From assembly GCA_005191425.1 (NCBI GenBank), contig SUPR01000015.1, forward strand, positions 15,288 to 47,287: DNA of 32,000 bases. Reading direction: 5' to 3'. The position numbers and the translations under genes are program-made. Positions 27,626 through 32,000 of the stretch are shown here, in pieces. The stretch comes from Candidatus Helarchaeota ASGARD archaeon Hel_GB_B (lineage in GTDB: Archaea; Asgardarchaeota; Lokiarchaeia; Helarchaeales; HEL-GB-B). The notes beneath the pieces were generated by a model. It ran no database searches. It was not told where the DNA came from and worked only from the letters and a program-made list of their open reading frames with translations. Each line of letters starts with the position of its first letter. The stretch's first letter is position 1.

Positions 27626-30183
27626 CTCGTAAATAATATAGTGGCTTCTACAACGCCAGTTTGTGATTTGAAATATATATTATGATATTGATAATTCAAC
27701 CACAATTGTAATAAGTCGTCATAATGTTTAGAAACGGGATTACTATTCTGTCCCCCCGGATAAACACCAATTGATGTAAGTTGAGTTGTTAGATTTCCTA
27801 AATCTATGATCATTCTCCAACTAGGGCCTAATTGGGCAATATATGCTTTTTCATCTGAATCCCATTGACAATAAGCATTGTTAGGTGTCCAACTACTACC
27901 ATCATGCGAGTATGGCCCTCTGTTTAATGTTTTTAGACCAGTTAAGTGCTCAAAATATATTTTATGTACATTTCCCCATGTCCATTTATTTATATTAGAA
28001 CCGATATTAGATTTTAACCAATCAACAGTTTCATTTAATGTTTTTAACATAGTATAATTCCTGTCTTGAGTGCCATGTATTGAAGTATCATTAAACCAGA
28101 CCGAATTAGGGTCGTTCTTGGTAATGTTTTCTAATATAGAAATTGCAGGGAATTTTAGTCCAACAGCGCCCCAATTTGTGAATTCATCACTCCAAGTATT
28201 TTGTTGATATAATTCTATCCATTTCCAGTAGATTGTGGGTGCAATTAAATACCTGTCCATGATAAACCTATTATCGGATTTATTCCATTGATAGATCTTA
28301 CTCATTGCGACTTGAATATCTGCAGAATATGTGTCTCCTTTTGAAATAGAATAGTTCCATACTTTTATTAATATAGGGACAAACTGGCTTGCTGAATAAT
28401 CATAATTGTCTGATTGTAATTTCTTAAAGTCGTCCATAGTAAAATCATTTTTGCTTCGTAAGACTCTATTGATTTCTCTAGCCCTATATCCCGGATCCCA
28501 TGAATTAGTCCCTAAATAATATTGATAACTTTCGTTTATTGACCTTTGGTTTGCTGATACCAAATAACACTGTTTTGGATTGAAGGATTGGGGTATTTTA
28601 CCATATGGTATAAAACCTGCCCATTCTTCGCCAGTTCCATTGCCTGGCTGGACGAATCTACCCGTTAATGTCCCATTTGGTGTTCCTAAAACACCTTGCT
28701 TTCTGATGGGATGTGCACCTGCCACAGTCATAGCGATATTACCTTGGTCATCGGCATATACAAAATTTTGAGGTGGTGAATCCCAGTATTTTAGACTTTC
28801 ATTAAATTCAGTCCAATTTTTTGCTTTATTTATACCATAAATTGCTTTTATTATATTATAAGTCCCATCTAAAGGTGTATGTGTCCCAGACCACTTCATT
28901 GTAAGGCATACTCCCGGATTTTCATTGATATACTTGTGAGATATAAGGTCAGTCATTACAGGCCCGTGCACAGTCTCTCTTACAGTGAATGAAATAGGAC
29001 TACCGCTTTTGACATTTATTATTTCATGATATTCACTAAATTTTTGCCATTTACCATTATAATAATAATGAGTCCCATTTGAAGTCTCATTATACCAATC
29101 TACAGCGCTATCACCACCGACATTTGTAAGTGACCAGGCGATATGGTCATTGTGGCCAATTATAATATATGGTATCCCGGGAAATGTAACTCCAGTAGTA
29201 TTATACCCTTCACCACTAATTAAATGGACTTCATACCAAACAGACGGTATTTGATGCCCAAGGTGGGGGTCTCCAGCAAGTAGAGGATTACCTGTTGAAG
29301 TTTTAGAGCCGTTAACAGCCCAATTATTACTACCAATACCATTTTCCCCTAAACTTTTGAATATTGGAGGAATCGCTTCCATATAGTCCAAAAGATTTAA
29401 TATCGCTTGAGTAAATATGGTATTATGGTTTTCTATAAATCCTTTACTACCATCAGGAATAATTGGTTCCTCAAATGGTAGCCCGGTCGTCCAATTTGGG
29501 TATAACTCATTGAACACCGATTTTGGTAGCTTTTCATGTAATAATGTAAAATCCAAATCATACCTCGTGGCAGTAAGCCCCCATGCTTGTAGATATTTTG
29601 CAAGGACTACATCAATTGGTCTCCAAGGTTGAGGAGCTGCAGAAATTAAATAATATTCTAGAGGTAAATTTGTTGGGCTATTTTGGGATATATATAAATT
29701 AATTCCATTGCAATAACTTTGAATTAAGTTATAGTAATATGTTTCATTGATTTTTAAATAATTTAACTCTTTTTGTGCCCTCCTATTAAACCCAATTGTC
29801 AACATATATTTATCAACATTAATATAGTCCGAACCCAAAAGTTCTGATAATTTACCACCTGCATACCTCCTAAACATGTCCATTTCAAACAAACGGTTCC
29901 TGGCATGAAGATATCCTAGTGCAAATAACAAATCTTTATCAGTCTGAGCATAAATATGGGGAATACCATATTTATCTATATTTACATGAACCATACCAGT
30001 TAACCTCGAATCACGAATTACCATTGATGTAGGATATTCAGCGTTTGAAGGGACAGTCCACACTCCAAAGGGGTTTAAGAAATTTCCCAAGGCTGGAATT
30101 ATACCAAATGACATTACTAATAAAATAATAAACCCAATCAATCCCAAAAGCGCGAAAATTTCTTTTATGATAACTGTTTTCAT
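27622..30183 (-). CDS. penicillin acylase family (S45) Ntn hydrolase, membrane-anchored
   Basis: GIPHIYA, GYLHARNRLFEMD..RR, GSNNWAV (Ser nucleophile), LLAGDPHL, PQNFVYAD..GNI, SANQ, PGGQ. N-terminal TM segment. Confidence 0.95.
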   Translation of the reverse strand: MKTVIIKEIFALLGLIGFIILLVMSFGIIPALGNFLNPFGVWTVPSNAEYPTSMVIRDSRLTGMVHVNIDKYGIPHIYAQTDKDLLFALGYLHARNRLFEMDMFRRYAGGKLSELLGSDYINVDKYMLTIGFNRRAQKELNYLKINETYYYNLIQSYCNGINLYISQNSPTNLPLEYYLISAAPQPWRPIDVVLAKYLQAWGLTATRYDLDFTLLHEKLPKSVFNELYPNWTTGLPFEEPIIPDGSKGFIENHNTIFTQAILNLLDYMEAIPPIFKSLGENGIGSNNWAVNGSKTSTGNPLLAGDPHLGHQIPSVWYEVHLISGEGYNTTGVTFPGIPYIIIGHNDHIAWSLTNVGGDSAVDWYNETSNGTHYYYNGKWQKFSEYHEIINVKSGSPISFTVRETVHGPVMTDLISHKYINENPGVCLTMKWSGTHTPLDGTYNIIKAIYGINKAKNWTEFNESLKYWDSPPQNFVYADDQGNIAMTVAGAHPIRKQGVLGTPNGTLTGRFVQPGNGTGEEWAGFIPYGKIPQSFNPKQCYLVSANQRSINESYQYYLGTNSWDPGYRAREINRVLRSKNDFTMDDFKKLQSDNYDYSASQFVPILIKVWNYSISKGDTYSADIQVAMSKIYQWNKSDNRFIMDRYLIAPTIYWKWIELYQQNTWSDEFTNWGAVGLKFPAISILENITKNDPNSVWFNDTSIHGTQDRNYTMLKTLNETVDWLKSNIGSNINKWTWGNVHKIYFEHLTGLKTLNRGPYSHDGSSWTPNNAYCQWDSDEKAYIAQLGPSWRMIIDLGNLTTQLTSIGVYPGGQNSNPVSKHYDDLLQLWLNYQYHNIYFKSQTGVVEATILFTR

Positions 30184-30588
30184 ATAATTTCCTTCCTATT
30201 TGTTTAATATAAATATCAAAAATTAATACCTATTTTATTATTTAACCGGTCTATTTAATAAAGTTATTTTAATAATTATAAGAATAATCTACCGTGAATA
30301 TTTAATAATAAAAGAAAATATGGACAAGTACATGATGTACAAATAAAATTTTGAAATAATTTAATAGGATATTATTCAATTAAAAGTCCTAAACATGTAT
30401 AAATATGGGAGAATTGAATGAAATTAAAAAAAAATGATTAATTCTAAATATTTTCTTGATATACTAAATCCCTAATTTTTTTAGTAAATAAATATTAAAA
30501 ATATAAAAAACATAGTGATAATATTGGAGATCAGTATTGTATATTAAAATTAGATTAAATTTTTAATGTAAAAAAATGTGGAGAAATT

Positions 30589-31164
30589 ATGACTTCTGAT
30601 GAAATCGTAAAATATATCTACAAAATATTACTCTTAGGAGACCCGGGAGTTGGTAAGACTAGTTTATTAATTCGATTTGTAGACAATACTTTTGACCCGC
30701 AATATAAAAGTACAATTGGAGTAAACTTTTTGACGAAAATAGTAAAAGCCTTTGATGAAGAAGAAAAAGATGAAAAAGCAGTAAAATTAGTTATTTGGGA
30801 TATCGCAGGGCAGGCGAGGGCAGCCAGTTATCGTCATTTATATTATCGTGCAGCAGAAGGTATTATCTTAGTTTTCGATGTAACTAATCCGTCGTCGTTT
30901 TATTCATTATCGCACTGGGTATCCGATGCTTTAAGTAAAACTCAACCCGGGACTATCATTACAGTTTTGGGAAATAAAATAGATTTACCGAGAATAATTT
31001 CTAGAGATGAAGGGTATGGTTTTGCAAGACAAATTCATTCAGCAGTGTATAGTGAAACTTCAGCAAAAACTGGTAGAAATGTTGAGAAATCATTTAAAGT
31101 ATTAGCAGAATTTTTACTTAAAAGGAGTAAAAAAATGGAGGGATTAAGGGAGAACCATCAATGA
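30589..31164 (+). CDS. Rab-like small GTPase
   Basis: GDPGVGKTS, STIGVNF, WDIAGQ, YYRAAEG, LVFDVT, GNKID, ETSAKT. No C-terminal Cys. Confidence 0.95.
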   Translation: MTSDEIVKYIYKILLLGDPGVGKTSLLIRFVDNTFDPQYKSTIGVNFLTKIVKAFDEEEKDEKAVKLVIWDIAGQARAASYRHLYYRAAEGIILVFDVTNPSSFYSLSHWVSDALSKTQPGTIITVLGNKIDLPRIISRDEGYGFARQIHSAVYSETSAKTGRNVEKSFKVLAEFLLKRSKKMEGLRENHQ

Positions 31165-31934
31165 CGTCTAATAATGAAGAGCTTATCAAGGGATTTTTAA
31201 TTTTCGAAAAAAGAAGTGGTAGGCCATTTATACACCGAACCTATCCAGGATTTAATGCAGACCCTTTTCTTTTGATTGGGTTCTTAAATGCGATGATAAA
31301 GTTTGCACGTGAGGCTATGGTCGGGCATAGTGATATACGGATGATTGATATGCAGAACCTACGGTTCGCTTTTATGGAGTCTAAAAACATAATATTTACT
31401 GCTATAACTAGTAATTTATGCTCTCCATTGGATTTAGAATTTAAAATTAAGACAATTGAGTCATTGTTCATGGAGAATTTTACTGAAAAAGAGTGGAATA
31501 ATCCGTCTCTATCACTCGACCATTATAAATTCTTCAATGAGATAGTCGACGAGGTCATTAAAGGAGAAGTAAAATATATTGAAAAGAAAAAGATCAAAAT
31601 AATAAAAAAAGTGCTCGAGAAATTTAAAGAAGAAAAAGAAGAGATATTAGGACTCGCTATTATTTCATTTACAGGAATAATATTAGTTAACATATTAGGT
31701 AAAGAATATTATGATATTATAGCGAGATTGATCAATAGTTTGTTTAGTTCACGGATAAGTGGGATAAGAAATTTTTTTATGAAGTTAGTGGATAAATCGA
31801 TTTATATAAAACTGGTTTCAATTGATAGTTATGTGGTGTATGTTTCGAGTAAAGACAAATTGAGTGATTTAGAAACAGAAGAATATACTTCTTTTGAAAA
31901 AAAGATTTCAGAAATTTTAGAGAAAGAAGATTAA
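31161..31934 (+). CDS. longin-like domain fused to roadblock-like domain
   Basis: N-terminal GFLIFEKRSG...LLIGFLNAMIKFARE...FMESKNIIFTAIT (longin pattern) and C-terminal EILGLAIISFTGIILV (roadblock pattern). ATGA overlap with the GTPase. Confidence 0.7.
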   Translation: MTSNNEELIKGFLIFEKRSGRPFIHRTYPGFNADPFLLIGFLNAMIKFAREAMVGHSDIRMIDMQNLRFAFMESKNIIFTAITSNLCSPLDLEFKIKTIESLFMENFTEKEWNNPSLSLDHYKFFNEIVDEVIKGEVKYIEKKKIKIIKKVLEKFKEEKEEILGLAIISFTGIILVNILGKEYYDIIARLINSLFSSRISGIRNFFMKLVDKSIYIKLVSIDSYVVYVSSKDKLSDLETEEYTSFEKKISEILEKED

Positions 31935-32000
31935 GCTGATTATTTTTTGTTGAATATATATTTTTCACTATTTCAATGTTTCTAAATCTTTTTCAAATTT

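Noticed and set aside
30328-30340. GTACA-TGA-TGTAC palindrome upstream of the acylase and GTPase genes
   Set aside because: 5-bp arms are too short to distinguish from chance.
1-32000. CRISPR array, rRNA or intact transposase
   Set aside because: No regularly spaced repeats, no rRNA-like tract and no transposase motif were seen.

Overview
Very AT-rich, gene-dense archaeal chromosomal window. An Asgard archaeon (Loki/Hel-like) is inferred from the Rab-like GTPase coupled to a longin/roadblock protein, a TPR-CHAT protein, a stand-alone 7TM protein and an intron-containing tRNA. Housekeeping and metabolic genes: partial RsmB/NOP2 methyltransferase, GGCT, XPD helicase, secernin, CysRS, GH3 glycosidase plus sulfatase, HdrC/HdrB/HdrD-like Fe-S proteins, FmdE-family protein, maltokinase-like kinase, aspartate kinase, GH57 branching enzyme, alpha/beta hydrolase and penicillin-acylase family protein. 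Items missing from the ORF track: (1) a tRNA-Cys(GCA) with two insertions (10 nt at 37/38, about 22-24 nt in the D-loop) and non-canonical D/T-loop residues; (2) a 285-bp element with 24-bp terminal inverted repeats between hdrB and the hdrD-like gene; (3) a 41-codon ORF ending DPWAPWPFP with its own TATA box and T-tract; (4) a palindromic operator candidate between the hdrD-like and fmdE-like genes. Also notable: a protealysin-emfourin pair between tRNA-Cys and cysS, a minimal Flp-like pilin, and a CHAT domain lacking both catalytic residues. All family calls come from motif recognition by eye; no database searches were run.
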